Source of the DNA: Schmidtea polychroa
Taxonomy: Eukaryota
Direction: 5' to 3'
Length of the DNA: 64,000 nt
NCBI GenBank assembly: GCA_044892525.1
Contig: CM097885.1
Coordinates: 32,800,001 to 32,864,000 of the forward strand
Below, one piece after another: positions 9,298 through 20,367 of the stretch. Under the pieces are notes generated by a model. It had not been told where the DNA came from and ran no database searches. It worked only from the letters and a program-made list of their open reading frames with translations. Each line of letters begins with the position of its first letter. Positions within the stretch are counted from its first letter, which is position 1. A program made the translations under genes and the position numbers.

Positions 9298-11586
9298 CTA
9301 CATGGCCTTCATCATATTTGCTGTTGCCTCTTGATAGTGACTTGGTGATAATAATAGCTCGTAATTCGGGCTCTCCCCATAATTATTTCCTCCAGAAATA
9401 GTCACTATATTTGACAAGATCGCTTGTCTTTGTGCTGGGAATAACATGTGGGCTCTTGCCGATTCGAGATCTTTCGGTGAATATAATCCACTCTGGAATA
9501 CGTCTATCGGCTTGAACTCTAATTCTGTTGTTAGTTCCGTCAATCCGAATTTCTTGGGTGTTGGTGCGATTGTTTTACTTGGAAATTGAACCCATTGTCC
9601 ATCCTCTTTTTCATACATTGGTCCATATGCATTACTACAATTAAACAGGTTTGGTTGAAACCCTACCGGGTTCATTATCCTGGTGACTGCTTGCACAAAT
9701 CTGGGTTTGCCTTCGTGAATAATTTCGAGTTCGTTTGCACACTTATCCCTTGGTATTGTAGGGTTTTCCGGCAATCTTGCAATTATCTTTTTGCATTGGT
9801 AGGTGTACATTACTTCGCCCACGATTCGTCCGAAATATCCTTCCTGTAATGGTAGTAATGGAATTGCTTTATCTGGATTTGTAATTGCCATTGCTAATTT
9901 TGTTCTCAATATTTCTTTGTTGAGCAGGCAATCGTTTCTTAACAGATCATGATAGACTTTTTCCGTAGATGTTAATCCTCTGTGATATAAGAAATCCATC
10001 TTATTATTCGCATATAAATATAATTTGACATCCTTTTCGCTTAGTCTTCCGACCGCATTTGCTAGGGTTCTCTGCGACAAGTAGATTCCTTTGTAATTGG
10101 TGCTGATCACCACCTCATCGCATTTACACACCACTTTGTTCTTTATGAACCTCATTCCTATTCCATCGTCTTTGGAGATTATCGCTGTGGGTGTCACTTC
10201 CGATTCCAATTTCGATGTTATTACGTCTTCTCTGAATCCTTTTCTTGCTCTCAACTCTTCCATCGCTCGTTTTTCTGCTTCTCCTTTTGGTTCACTGTAC
10301 ACTTTCCCTTGGATTTCTTCGAATATTGCTGTCTTGAGTAACATTAGTCGACATACTTTCTGATCCGCATGGTATACCAGAGTTGACATTCCGGTTGAAC
10401 ATGATCGGTCTGATGCGAGACAGCTTGGGTATTTCTTCATTGCTTGTGTGTCAGGGTCGAAATAACCTTGATACCTTTCTAATTTAGCTTCGTAGTTTTC
10501 TATTACGACCACTCCACTAACCAGTTGTCCGTTCAGCGTGTATGTTCCTGTTTCACATGTTCCGTCTCCTTTGGTTATTCTGCCTGCCGTATACACGCGA
10601 GTCGTTTTTATTTTCCCTGGTTCTGCAGCAATTTCAATCCCTTGCCTTAGGTGGATTCTCCCCGATCGGAATCCTTCCTCGCATTCCTCTCTTGATAGTA
10701 ATATTACTGTCGATTCCAATCCTGGTTCTATGATTGTTGAGTGGGAGGATGAACCACAGTGATGCGCGAATATCTTCCTGGTTACCGTACACTCTTGGAC
10801 CATGGTTTTGATGAAATCTGCTTCTTGATATACATTATACGAGACTGATGCCATAACTGTTTGTAGTTTTCTTGGATTTGCCGCTTTACAGTCTTCCGTA
10901 TCCTTTAATGAATATTTCTCATTGATTTTTATGTTGTCACAGTCGTATACCGCAAATGACTCGGTTCCTTTGATACACATCATCCATATCAATATCGTGG
11001 TTATTATGGCATTCATTCCCTTTCGGCTTGCTCTTGGGTCGTTCATATTGATTGTCCCTTCGAATTCAGTTAGCAAATCGCGTAACTTTGCTTGCATCAT
11101 TTCCGTTTGATCCTTTTTCCCAGTTGATTCGATGAAGTTTCTCCATCCCCCTTGTTCAAGTATATATGGTTCTATTGATCGTTTGATTATTTCTGTTACC
11201 GTGAATTCATAACCAGTTGCGTTATATTTTGGCATTCGTTTTTTATATTGACCACTAACGTTATACACCAAATATGCTAATCCCACTAAATATCGATTTT
11301 GGTCCTCTGATCTGCTTAATAGATGTTCCACAATTAATCTGAGTTCCACAGGATCTTTTAACGTTAATCGAATTTTATTATCCATGATTTTCATTATTAT
11401 CGGTTTCAATACCGCCCATAATTGTTTGACTTCGGTCGGTATATTATCCTTCCTCATTACTCTTTTCACATCTGGATTTGCTAACGCTAACATGTTAGCT
11501 AATAAGTCGTTTATCCATCGTGTCCCTTGTTCCCGGACGCTTGTTTTCACTTTGACTTGTTTTACTAATGCACTTAGTTTATCCAT
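9298..11586 (-). CDS. Bcl-2-like domain, internal signal peptide and chuvirus-like (class III-type) envelope glycoprotein
   Basis: BH2-like YILEQGGWRNF; signal MNAIITTILIWMMCIKGTES then FAVYDC; Cys-rich ectodomain with NKMDFLY...NDCLLNKEIL...GYFGRIVGEVMYTYQC, typical of chuviral and retrotransposon-captured glycoproteins. Confidence 0.75.
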   Translation of the reverse strand: MDKLSALVKQVKVKTSVREQGTRWINDLLANMLALANPDVKRVMRKDNIPTEVKQLWAVLKPIIMKIMDNKIRLTLKDPVELRLIVEHLLSRSEDQNRYLVGLAYLVYNVSGQYKKRMPKYNATGYEFTVTEIIKRSIEPYILEQGGWRNFIESTGKKDQTEMMQAKLRDLLTEFEGTINMNDPRASRKGMNAIITTILIWMMCIKGTESFAVYDCDNIKINEKYSLKDTEDCKAANPRKLQTVMASVSYNVYQEADFIKTMVQECTVTRKIFAHHCGSSSHSTIIEPGLESTVILLSREECEEGFRSGRIHLRQGIEIAAEPGKIKTTRVYTAGRITKGDGTCETGTYTLNGQLVSGVVVIENYEAKLERYQGYFDPDTQAMKKYPSCLASDRSCSTGMSTLVYHADQKVCRLMLLKTAIFEEIQGKVYSEPKGEAEKRAMEELRARKGFREDVITSKLESEVTPTAIISKDDGIGMRFIKNKVVCKCDEVVISTNYKGIYLSQRTLANAVGRLSEKDVKLYLYANNKMDFLYHRGLTSTEKVYHDLLRNDCLLNKEILRTKLAMAITNPDKAIPLLPLQEGYFGRIVGEVMYTYQCKKIIARLPENPTIPRDKCANELEIIHEGKPRFVQAVTRIMNPVGFQPNLFNCSNAYGPMYEKEDGQWVQFPSKTIAPTPKKFGLTELTTELEFKPIDVFQSGLYSPKDLESARAHMLFPAQRQAILSNIVTISGGNNYGESPNYELLLSPSHYQEATANMMKAM

Positions 11587-11594
11587 TTTAGTTT

Positions 11595-12380
11595 TTACCT
11601 GTCCATTTGCGCCTGAATTTTGGATTTTGGTTCTACCTCTGCTTTATCTGTTTTTGGTCTTCCTCTTGTTCGTCGATCCATAGCTGTTCCGGTTTCTTTC
11701 CGTTTTGGCGGATTGTAAGTTGTGTCTTTTGATGTGGTCGCTCCTGGATCTACTCTCCAGTTGCTCCATTCATTGGTTGTAGTTACTTCTTTATTGTCAC
11801 CTCTTTCTACATTATCTAAATCCGTCTCGGCTTCTGTCGTTTCCACTGGTTGTCTTTGCGCGCATACAAATCCATCTAGATCATCGGTTGTCGGTTCACC
11901 TTCGTCGATAAATAGATCTCCTGATTGCGATGCTCTCATAATCTCGTCTGCTTCTACTATCTCTTGTATTTCGTCTAGTATTTCGTCTTCTCCCGTCGTT
12001 TCGATCGTTACTTCACTAACCGCATTTGGAACTTCCGGTGTGTCCAGACTTCCTGGTTGTTGCGTGGATGATTTTTGCTTTATCTCTCTTCTCCTTAATT
12101 CTCTACCTGCAATTTTACTCACTGTTAATCTGTTCACAATTTCTCCTTGGAGTGGTGTCACACCAATTTCAATATCGTCGTCTAATGATCGTCCCTCGTG
12201 TTGTAAGTGGAATGGGAGTTCATAAGGTATTCTCTTTTTAACTTCTCTGACCTTAGCTGTCGTGTAGAATTCCTTTTCCATTGGTTCAAAATCTGGCAGG
12301 AATATTTTTAGTTGATATTTCTCGGGTGAGTTTTCGGCCCACTCTTGTTGTTTCCATTTCCGGATGATTTCACCAAATTT
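11595..12380 (-). CDS. Ubiquitin-like domain plus acidic linker, probably the frameshifted upstream part of the polyprotein
   Basis: YQLKIFLP...TTAKVREVKKRI...LQHEGRSLDDD resembles a beta-grasp UBL. The ORF-track start at 12413 lies in the neighbouring Maverick remnant. Confidence 0.5.
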   Translation of the reverse strand, partial: KFGEIIRKWKQQEWAENSPEKYQLKIFLPDFEPMEKEFYTTAKVREVKKRIPYELPFHLQHEGRSLDDDIEIGVTPLQGEIVNRLTVSKIAGRELRRREIKQKSSTQQPGSLDTPEVPNAVSEVTIETTGEDEILDEIQEIVEADEIMRASQSGDLFIDEGEPTTDDLDGFVCAQRQPVETTEAETDLDNVERGDNKEVTTTNEWSNWRVDPGATTSKDTTYNPPKRKETGTAMDRRTRGRPKTDKAEVEPKSKIQAQMDR

Positions 12381-14223
12381 TTCCAGATATCCAAGTTGGG
12401 GTTCTATATCCATGTCATTTTACACAGTATTGCCTATATTTCCCATCATCTTTGGTTTTTAAATGAAATCAATGACTTGTAGTTTTTGCTCGTAGCATTT
12501 TCCACTGACTTCATTATTTTCATGATCTGCAATAAAGTACAATACCAGGTTCTGGCTAGTATCGATTTCTGAGATTTGAAATACTTCATCGCTCCAATTA
12601 TTGCCAAAATTCTCGATGAATGGAAAAGGCTTTAGGCATTTTCATGGTTTAGTTTTCTTGTTGTAATATCCCATTATAAATATTATTTGTTGAATAAATA
12701 TCAATCACTTACAATCCATTTAACCCTCGATGTGGAGAATAATTGTAGCTATAAATCGTTTTTGGTAAGACATTTATTCAAGTTCTATTTCCTTGATATA
12801 AGAAAAACCTTAAAACGATCAAAAACAATTAAAAACTAAGTTAATTTTAATTACCCAAATCCGTTTTTAAATTACGAGGCTTTGTTTGGAAATGAAACCA
12901 ATGGTTTTTCCGCTAACAGATTTTGAGTTATGGGAAGATAGCAAACATTTTTCTCTTTCACATCTTTGATGAGGATGCCTAATTTAACTGCAACTTTTCA
13001 TGGACTCCCATTGAAATAGTTTTTGGATACGTCTTTGGAAAATGTTTCCTTCATTATTACAACAAGATGTCAAAATGTTTAAATCTAAATTATTTTTATC
13101 GTGTATTGAACCTTAATGGTGAAATTGAGCTTATTGCAGATAGTATTATTGGAATTAATGCTCCCAAGAACCCACCATTTTGTTAATATATTATCTTTCT
13201 CATTAGTCGTAGATTTTTTATATTGACTAACGATAAAAGTACATTTTACATTTTTGCGAAACAAGTCTTTTTAGATCTACCAATATTTACATTACCATGA
13301 ACTACATTAACAATAACTTGAAGTAAATCATCAATGACTAACGAAGAAAAGTCTATAAAATATTCATTCTTTTTTTTATTTAGAGCCTTGACTAAGGCAA
13401 TAAAAAGCGGTAGACTGCGTTCTAATTTCATTTTTAATACAAATTTTAATTATTTGTTGTGTTTATATTTTAATCCATTTTTTATTTTTCACTACTTTTC
13501 TACTCTTTTTTATTACTTTACGTTTAGTACCACTTTTCTTTGTAACTTTTTTCTTTAGAGTTTTCTTCCTTTGAACAATTACTTTTTTAAACGACATTTT
13601 AATGAATTATTTTTACGATTAAAATTTTGTTTATCAATTGTTAAATCTTTCTCGTTGAAAATATCGGTTCGAATAAGTAAATCATCAGAACGTAATGAGT
13701 AAAATTAAAAAATAAATATCCTTGGGGATTTTTGTAGGATCTTAAAATTAATCAATTAAAAAATTGTCTATCATTAGAATACGCCCGTCTAACCAGAAAA
13801 TCAATAATAGTAACATTTTGGGGTTTTTTAAAAATAATCAAGTACTGAACATTCAAGTTTCAAGTTCTTTGACCTCCCTTTTGAAATAAGTTTTGAGTTA
13901 TAAAATACCTGCAACTCATAAATGTCAAGCAATTTTTGTAACTAAACTATTAAAATATTTTTCTTTATTTGCTTCGTGATACAAATCATCGATAATAATA
14001 ACATCTCCTTGACGTAATATTGATGACCAATTTTTATCAAATCTTTTAATTATAGTCATTTTTAATTTACAAAAATGGTCTTGTGTATCACCATTCTCAT
14101 TATCAGATTCCCTATGCCAATATATTTTATTGAATTTGATTTGAACAACTCTGATTATAACAATATTTTGCCGCTACCACTTGATCCAACAATTTGATAT
14201 ACCACATCATTTCTTAATTCCAT
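12380..14223 (-). mobile_element. Decayed Maverick/Polinton remnant: packaging ATPase and integrase/chromodomain pseudogenes
   Basis: ATG at 14223 gives MELRNDVVYQIVGSSGSGK (Walker A), then VIIIDDL, ITQNLFQKG, NLNVQYLIIFK. Integrase C-terminus NWSDEVFQI...LYFIADHENNEVSGKCYEQKLQ (~12480-12600). Chromo-like QYCVK*HGY...TWI (~12385-12435). Many stops and frameshifts. Confidence 0.75.
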
Positions 14224-14417
14224 TTTAATTAATTAAATAATTATTTATATTTTCTGAAATACTGTGTTTTAATTGATTAAAAAAATATTTGAATATGCTG
14301 AGTAATATTAATTATAATGGTCGATATTTAATACATAATATGAAATTCCCCATTGAAAACTACAGCAAGTTGTATATCGAACAGGAAAGTATCCGATCAT
14401 ATTTTTTATTTCAGGAA

Positions 14418-14533
14418 TGTTAGACGCAATTAAATTCAAGTCTTCTTCAAGCATTTATTTTTATAACAACTTCAAAATTGAGCCGTTTACTAGAGTATTT
14501 AAACACCGAGGCGTGATAATTATTAATATTAAT
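14418..14533 (-). repeat. 3' LTR, partial (U3 side and PPT deleted)
   Basis: Matches 18882-18996 with one indel, then joins directly to integrase C-terminal sequence. Confidence 0.8.
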
Positions 14534-14534
14534 A

Positions 14535-17450
14535 TTCGTTTTATTACTGTGTATAGTCCTTCATATCTCTCATGATCTTTGTTTCTAATTTCTTGTTTCA
14601 CCAATACTTTGTCCCCCACTTCTAAGTTCCTAGTTGTGCCAATTTCTTTCGCTTGCTGTCCTTTAGCCTCTAATTTCCGCATGATTTCATTTCTATCCAC
14701 TTCATTATTACTATGCCATTGCGATCTGTTAATCTTTCTTCCAAATATAATTTCTGCTGGACTCACTCCAGTAGTTTTTTGAGCTGTCGCATTTAAAACG
14801 TATTCTATATCAGGTATTTATTCTGCCCAGCTTTTTTTAACTCCTTCTCTGAGTGACGCGTTAATATAGTCTCTTATAGTACGAAATTGTCTTTCAATTA
14901 CACCATTAGTATTATGATGATACGGACTCGAAAATATGAACTCCATTCCTGCTGCCTTTGCTAGTTCTTTAATGCTATTTGCTTCGAAATTCTTTCCACA
15001 ATCAACATGTAGTTCCTTAGGGGCTCCAAATTTCAATATCCAATTATTTAACAAAACTGCTTTTATTGTATTTTCATCTTGCTTTCTAATAGAAGTTAGA
15101 GATATGTGTTTACTGCAATGATCGATTATTGCACAAATATATTTTTCTCCTCTGAAGGTTTCTCTTAATGTATATTTTCTCCATAGGTTCTGAAGCTTGA
15201 ATTACTTGGGTTTTTTCTTTTGACTTTGTAGTTAAAACTTTGTTTTTCTGGCATGCTTCACATATTGAAATAGTCTCTTTTACTTCATTTAGCAAATCTT
15301 CCATATCAAAATTGTTCCTAATATATTTCATAACTTTTTCTACTCCCGCGTGGCATAATAATAAATGTGTTTCCTTAATCATTTCTCGTCTTTTTGTTTC
15401 TGGTATCCATATTTTGTTTTGATTGGTATAGATAATATTTCCTCTTAATATATATTTATTATTTTTCCTTTCATTTATTTGATCTTTCATATCTTGTATT
15501 TCTGCATTATCTCTTTGCCATTCATTTCCATTATTTTCGGTCATCAATGTTAACAATCTAGTTTTTAATCGCCCTGATTTGAGGTTATCATGGTCCATCA
15601 AACATTGTACACATTTTCCGCATGTATTTCTAGACAGCATATCTGCATTCGTATGCGCCGTACCTTTTCTGAACTCCATTTTTATGTCTAAACTGCTCAA
15701 GTAATTTATCCACGTTTGGAACTGTGCTGTTATAGGCTTCTTTGTCGTTAACATAAAAGTTATTGCTTTATGATCAGTGCGCAAAACAAACCGTTTACCG
15801 TATAAATAATGGTTGAAATGGCGACAGAAATAATACATAGCCAAAAGCTCTTTTCGTGTTACACAATATCCTCTTTCATGGCTACTCATAGCATGGGGTC
15901 CATATGCAATAACGTGTTCATGCCCCATTTCATCTCTTTGTGATAATACAGCTCCAATTGTATCAAAGCTTGCGTCTGTATCTAATATGAATTCTTTCTT
16001 GAAATCTGGAAATACGAGAATTGGCGCTGTAGTCAACGCCATTTTCATTTCATCGAAAGCTTTCTCACATTCCTCAGTCCAGATTATTTTTTCACTATTG
16101 CTTCCACATATGCTTTCTAGAGCTCTTGATTTTGTTGCATATTCCTTAATAAATCTCCGATAATAGTTACATATACCTAAAAAGCTTCTCAAATTCTTTA
16201 TACACTTAGGCCTCTGAAATGATTTAATAGCCTCAATTTTACTTTGATCTGTCCGAATCCCCTGACTGTTAATAATGTGCCCTAAAAACTTTACTTCACT
16301 CTTTAATAACTGACATTTTTCTGGGTTGATTCTCAATTTAGCTTCCCGTATTTTCTCTAGAACCTTTCCAAACACATTGTAATGTTCTTCAATTGTCCTT
16401 GTAAAAATTAAAATATCGTCTAAATACACCATAACTCCTTCTTTCCATAGATCTTTCAATATTTTTGTCATTAATTCTTGGAATGTACCCGGTGCCGCCG
16501 CAATGCCAAAAGGCATTCTATTAAAACAAAATTGCCCTCCTTTAGTAGAAAATGCTGTCTTTTCTTGCGATTCTATGTCCAATTTCACTTGATAATAAGC
16601 GTTCTCAAGGTCTATAGAACTAAAGTACTTAGATCCATGTAATGTATCTAGAATTTCTTCTACATTCGGCATAAGAAAAGCTTGTCTTTCAGTTATCTTA
16701 TTAACTGTCTAAAATCTAAACAAAGTCTGATATCTTTTTTGTCTTTTTTCCACACTCATACTAACGGCGTATTCCAAGGTGAATTACATCTTCTTATGAT
16801 ATCATTATTTTCTAAATTTTTTATAGCAGCATTTATTTTCTCCTCTAAATTGATGGGTAATCTTCTGGGTTTTATCATAATTGACCCTTCTTTGTGATGA
16901 TTTTATGTGCAATTAAATCAGTACATCCGATATCCCAGTTATTAGCCATAAAAACACTTTTATTGTTTTTAACAATCTCTAACAGTCTTTTATTTTCGTT
17001 TAATCTTAGAATTTCTATTGCTTTTTGACATCTCTCGTTATCTGTAATCTTTTCCCCAAATCTAGCTTCTATTTCACACACAAATTCATTATATCCTTCT
17101 TCATTTTGCTTGATGTAGTTTAATTCAATTCCAAACTCTTTCTGCAATTCCACTCCGCCTATTATATCTAGAACAATATTTTTAACTATTATAAATGTTA
17201 TTTTTCTTTCCATATTACCAATTCTAACATCAATATATATTTTTCCGATTGTCTCTAATATACTATCATTTGCTCATCTCAACATCTCATCTGATTTTAT
17301 GATTTTCACATTCACTAATTTGTCCACAACTGCTTCTGCCATTACATTTACTCTTGCTCCTGTATCTAGTAAGCATTCCATTCTATAGCCCTGAATTTCA
17401 AGAGTTGTACTCGGTCTACCTTGCATTTTGTCATAACTCAGCATCTGTCG
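14535..17450 (-). pseudogene. pol: Pol (protease, RT, RNase H, integrase) with stops and frameshifts
   Basis: ECLLDTGA (~17360-17380), YLDDILI, LDTDAS, TDHKA, HLLLCHAG...CEAC, VDCGKNF, IERQFRT; split over several ORFs. Confidence 0.9.
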
Positions 17451-17641
17451 TTTCCATTCATCTTTAGTGAAATTATTTTGCTCCTCTTATATTTCATTAA
17501 ACCACCCAATTTCATTTTTCTCTAATTTATCTTCTACATTTTTAATAAATTTATAAACTTTTTCATATACTATTTTATTATTATATTCTGCTTCTTTAAT
17601 TTCATTATACTCTTCTTGATTCTTAGGATTATTATTATTAT

Positions 17642-17736
17642 TTATCGATCAGCATTAAAATAACTATAACATTTAAAATTATTTAAAGGAAACTTTTTAA
17701 AATTACAAATTTTATTACATAAAGGTTCTACATTAC

Positions 17737-17788
<52 letters not shown>

Positions 17789-18859
17789 ATTATTTACATT
17801 ATTAAAATTATTATGACCAATATTTACATCAATATCAAAATTACCTAGTATTGCTCCGATCATTGCCTCCCGTGTCGAAGCATGTACTTTTGGGTGATGA
17901 ATATCCTCATATTTGTCTTCTGCATCATCTGAATACTCAAGTGGCATCGTCTCATCATTAGCTTCAATTGCTGCAATTGTTCTTCCTGGATTGTTGATCT
18001 TTTGTTGATAGCTTGTGGTTCGATGGGCATAATAATTATTGTTTCTCATGTTTGAATTAGTTTGAAACTTCCTTCTTTCCAAATTTGTATCGCAGTCAAT
18101 CTCCTTATGTCCACGTAAGTGACATCTCTGGCATTGAATCGTTGAACATTCTCGCCGTACGTGGCCTTCAACTCCGCATGCAAAACACGTCATTTTCTTT
18201 TTCATTTGGCATTCTCGACTCACATGACCAGTTTTCTTGCATGTCCAGCATTCCAATTGTCGGTTACTGACGTTTCGTTGCTTGAAATTATTATTTCCGT
18301 TTACCATTCCTCTTTGAGCAACATCTCTGTAACTTCTGTAGTTTTGAACAACCGGTGAAGTCTTCACAACATTAATATGGCCCATAATTTTGTTTACCTT
18401 TTCTAATTTCTTTATTGTCGCTTTTATTTCTTCTAATGTTTTCAAATCTTTCATCTCGATCTCTTTTTTAACTTCTCGACCTCTTACACAGTTTGTAAGC
18501 AGGCATTTTTCTATTTCTTCTTCATCCCATTTGTGCGCTATTAATTTCTTTGTCATCTTTTTAATTTTCTCTATAAAAGTTTTGGCTGAATCTGATCCTT
18601 GTTCATAACTCAAAGCTTCTTTTAGATCATCCATTAATGATGTCGGTTTCGAAAATGCACATCGAAGTTTCTCTTCATTAGTTTTTCCTTCGGCTGCTTC
18701 ATAATCTTCCATTAGCGATCTTTCAAGTAATGTTGTAGTTAATATTACTTGCATCCTAATTGTTGTTTTGGTCGCGCCAAAAAACCTTTGAGAATCCTTG
18801 ATAAAATTTTCTAAATCATCGCCTTTGTGAAATTTCTCAGGTAATAGTCTGCTTATCAA
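17642..18859 (-). CDS. gag: Gag with CCHC zinc knuckles
   Basis: CWTCKKTGHVSREC, CFACGVEGHVRREC, CQRCHLRGHKEIDC. Confidence 0.9.
17743..17784. repeat. (TA)n microsatellite within the Gypsy gag-pol junction
   Basis: Directly visible. Confidence 0.9.
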
Positions 18860-18870
18860 TAATCCGTGGT

Positions 18871-18881
18871 CGTGGTCGCCA
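18871..18881 (-). promoter_or_regulatory. Primer binding site TGGCGACCACG (probably tRNA-Arg)
   Basis: Begins TGG immediately after the 5' LTR on the minus strand. The tRNA identity is inferred. Confidence 0.7.
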
Positions 18882-19091
18882 TGTTAGACGCAATTAAATT
18901 CAAGTCTTCTTCAAGCATTTATTTTTATAACAACTTCAAAATTGAGCCGTTTACTAAGTATTTAAACACCGAGGCGTGATAATTATTAATATTAATGTAA
19001 TTACTGGTCATACATTTAATTGATTTAATTTAATATAATTTAATATAATATGATATAATTTAATATAGAATTTAAATATAAAATTTTAACA
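18882..19091 (-). repeat. 5' LTR (210 bp)
   Basis: Starts TGTTAG and ends TTAACA; shares ~116 bp with 14418-14533. Confidence 0.8.
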
Positions 19092-20326
19092 GAAATAATT
19101 ATTTCTACTAACTGATCTCACTTCTACCATTTAACCATAATAATTTTATATAGAAATTTACTAACTCCTTACAAGGAAGGTGTTGGAAAATGGGATATAA
19201 GAAACTCCTTAAAATCGTAGATTTGAAATATAATTTACATGACTTACAAATTCAATCATTCACTCTAACAATCGATATCGAAAGATTTATAAACTTATAT
19301 GAGGTCATAGAAAAGTCAATTGTGTATTTGAACCAGAAATATTTCCAGCCTTATGTCTTCAGAAATCTAGTCTGTCATGTGTCAATGTATTTTCTAACGG
19401 GAGAAAAGTAATACTCAGAATAAAATCTTTGGATTATAATCAATATGTAAAAAATATCAATATGTTAATTAATTAATAAATATTTTGTTTAAATTATTTT
19501 TATTTTTAATTATTTTTAAAAATGTCGAAAGGTAATTATATATTTTTATATTTTAAGTTTTTTATGTTATTATTTAGTTTATTTCTTTGAAATAATTTTG
19601 AAACTTTATCTAAGAATTAAAAAGGTATTGGATTATTGTGCACCAAAGTTACTTGTATTTAAAATATTCCAGGGATCAACATAAAAGAGCTACTCGAGAT
19701 ACATTACGATTTGAATAAGCGATCAGAAACATTTGTGTTACGAATTGCATAGTTTGTAAAGATTCAATGAAAATAACATGCTCTAATGGATGCCCATTAT
19801 AAAAGAGTACGGCTATAACTGTCTTTTTATTATTTAACCCCTAGAAAAATACCACAAATATTTATCAAAAACTTTAATTTTCAAATATAAAAAAAGAAAA
19901 ACTAAAAATTTAATCGAAAATAAAATAATAAAACAAATAAAACAAATTTGCTCTCAATGACAAATAAATTAATATTTACTTAAAAATAAATTTAAAAATC
20001 TTTTACAATTTCTGCATTAAAATTTGAAATTGTAAGAAATTTTAAATCCTTGAATAATATTTTAAGTCGAGTTAATACTACTTTGTAATTGATCAGAAAT
20101 TCATTTCCTCAAAAAAAGGCTATTCATCTATCAGACTTTAGAGAGAAGAATAATTTTCCTCATTCAAAATATATAAGCAGCCATACAATACAAATCCAAA
20201 CAAAACTAAGATTATTGCTTCAAAAAATTAATGCAAAACGCAAATAATGATTAAATAGTAAAGAAAATATATTAAATAAAAAATTTTATTTTATATTATT
20301 AGAAAGTGTTACTCAATCATACATTT

Positions 20327-20367
20327 CACGATATATTTCAACAGTTTTTTTGTCATCATCAAGTATG
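20327..20367 (-). ncRNA. Degenerate minimal hammerhead ribozyme
   Basis: Minus strand: TAC TTGATGA TGACAAAAAAACTGTT GAAA TATATC GTG; core C mutated to T and stem II weakened. Confidence 0.5.

Larger units (their letters stand above)
1..12380 (-). mobile_element. Giant Ty3/Gypsy-type LTR retroelement (Burro-like), 5'-truncated, continues past the left window edge; carries env and many cargo domains
   Basis: Contiguous minus-strand coding block, GC-richer than its flanks, with PR-RT-RH-IN in Gypsy order plus env, Bcl-2-like, ankyrin and TRAF ORFs. No gag or LTR is visible. Abrupt junction to a decayed Maverick at ~12380. Confidence 0.85.
14418..19091 (-). mobile_element. Ty3/Gypsy LTR retrotransposon with short LTRs, defective
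   Basis: Near-identical LTR sequence at 14418-14533 and 18882-~18996; TGTTA...TAACA termini; PBS; gag-pro-RT-RH-IN order. Confidence 0.92.

Noticed and set aside
9298..9300. Programmed stop-codon readthrough between env and protease
   Set aside because: The stop falls before the env TM anchor at a position where Trp is expected, and this copy has other lesions; a TGG-to-TAG mutation is simpler.
665..12241. Numerous plus-strand ORFs over the giant element
   Set aside because: Antisense shadows of minus-strand coding sequence; Ser/Leu/Phe-rich with no motifs.
12381..12413. ATG at 12413 as the start of the retroelement polyprotein
   Set aside because: It lies within Maverick chromodomain-like sequence read in another frame, so the ORF start is chimeric.
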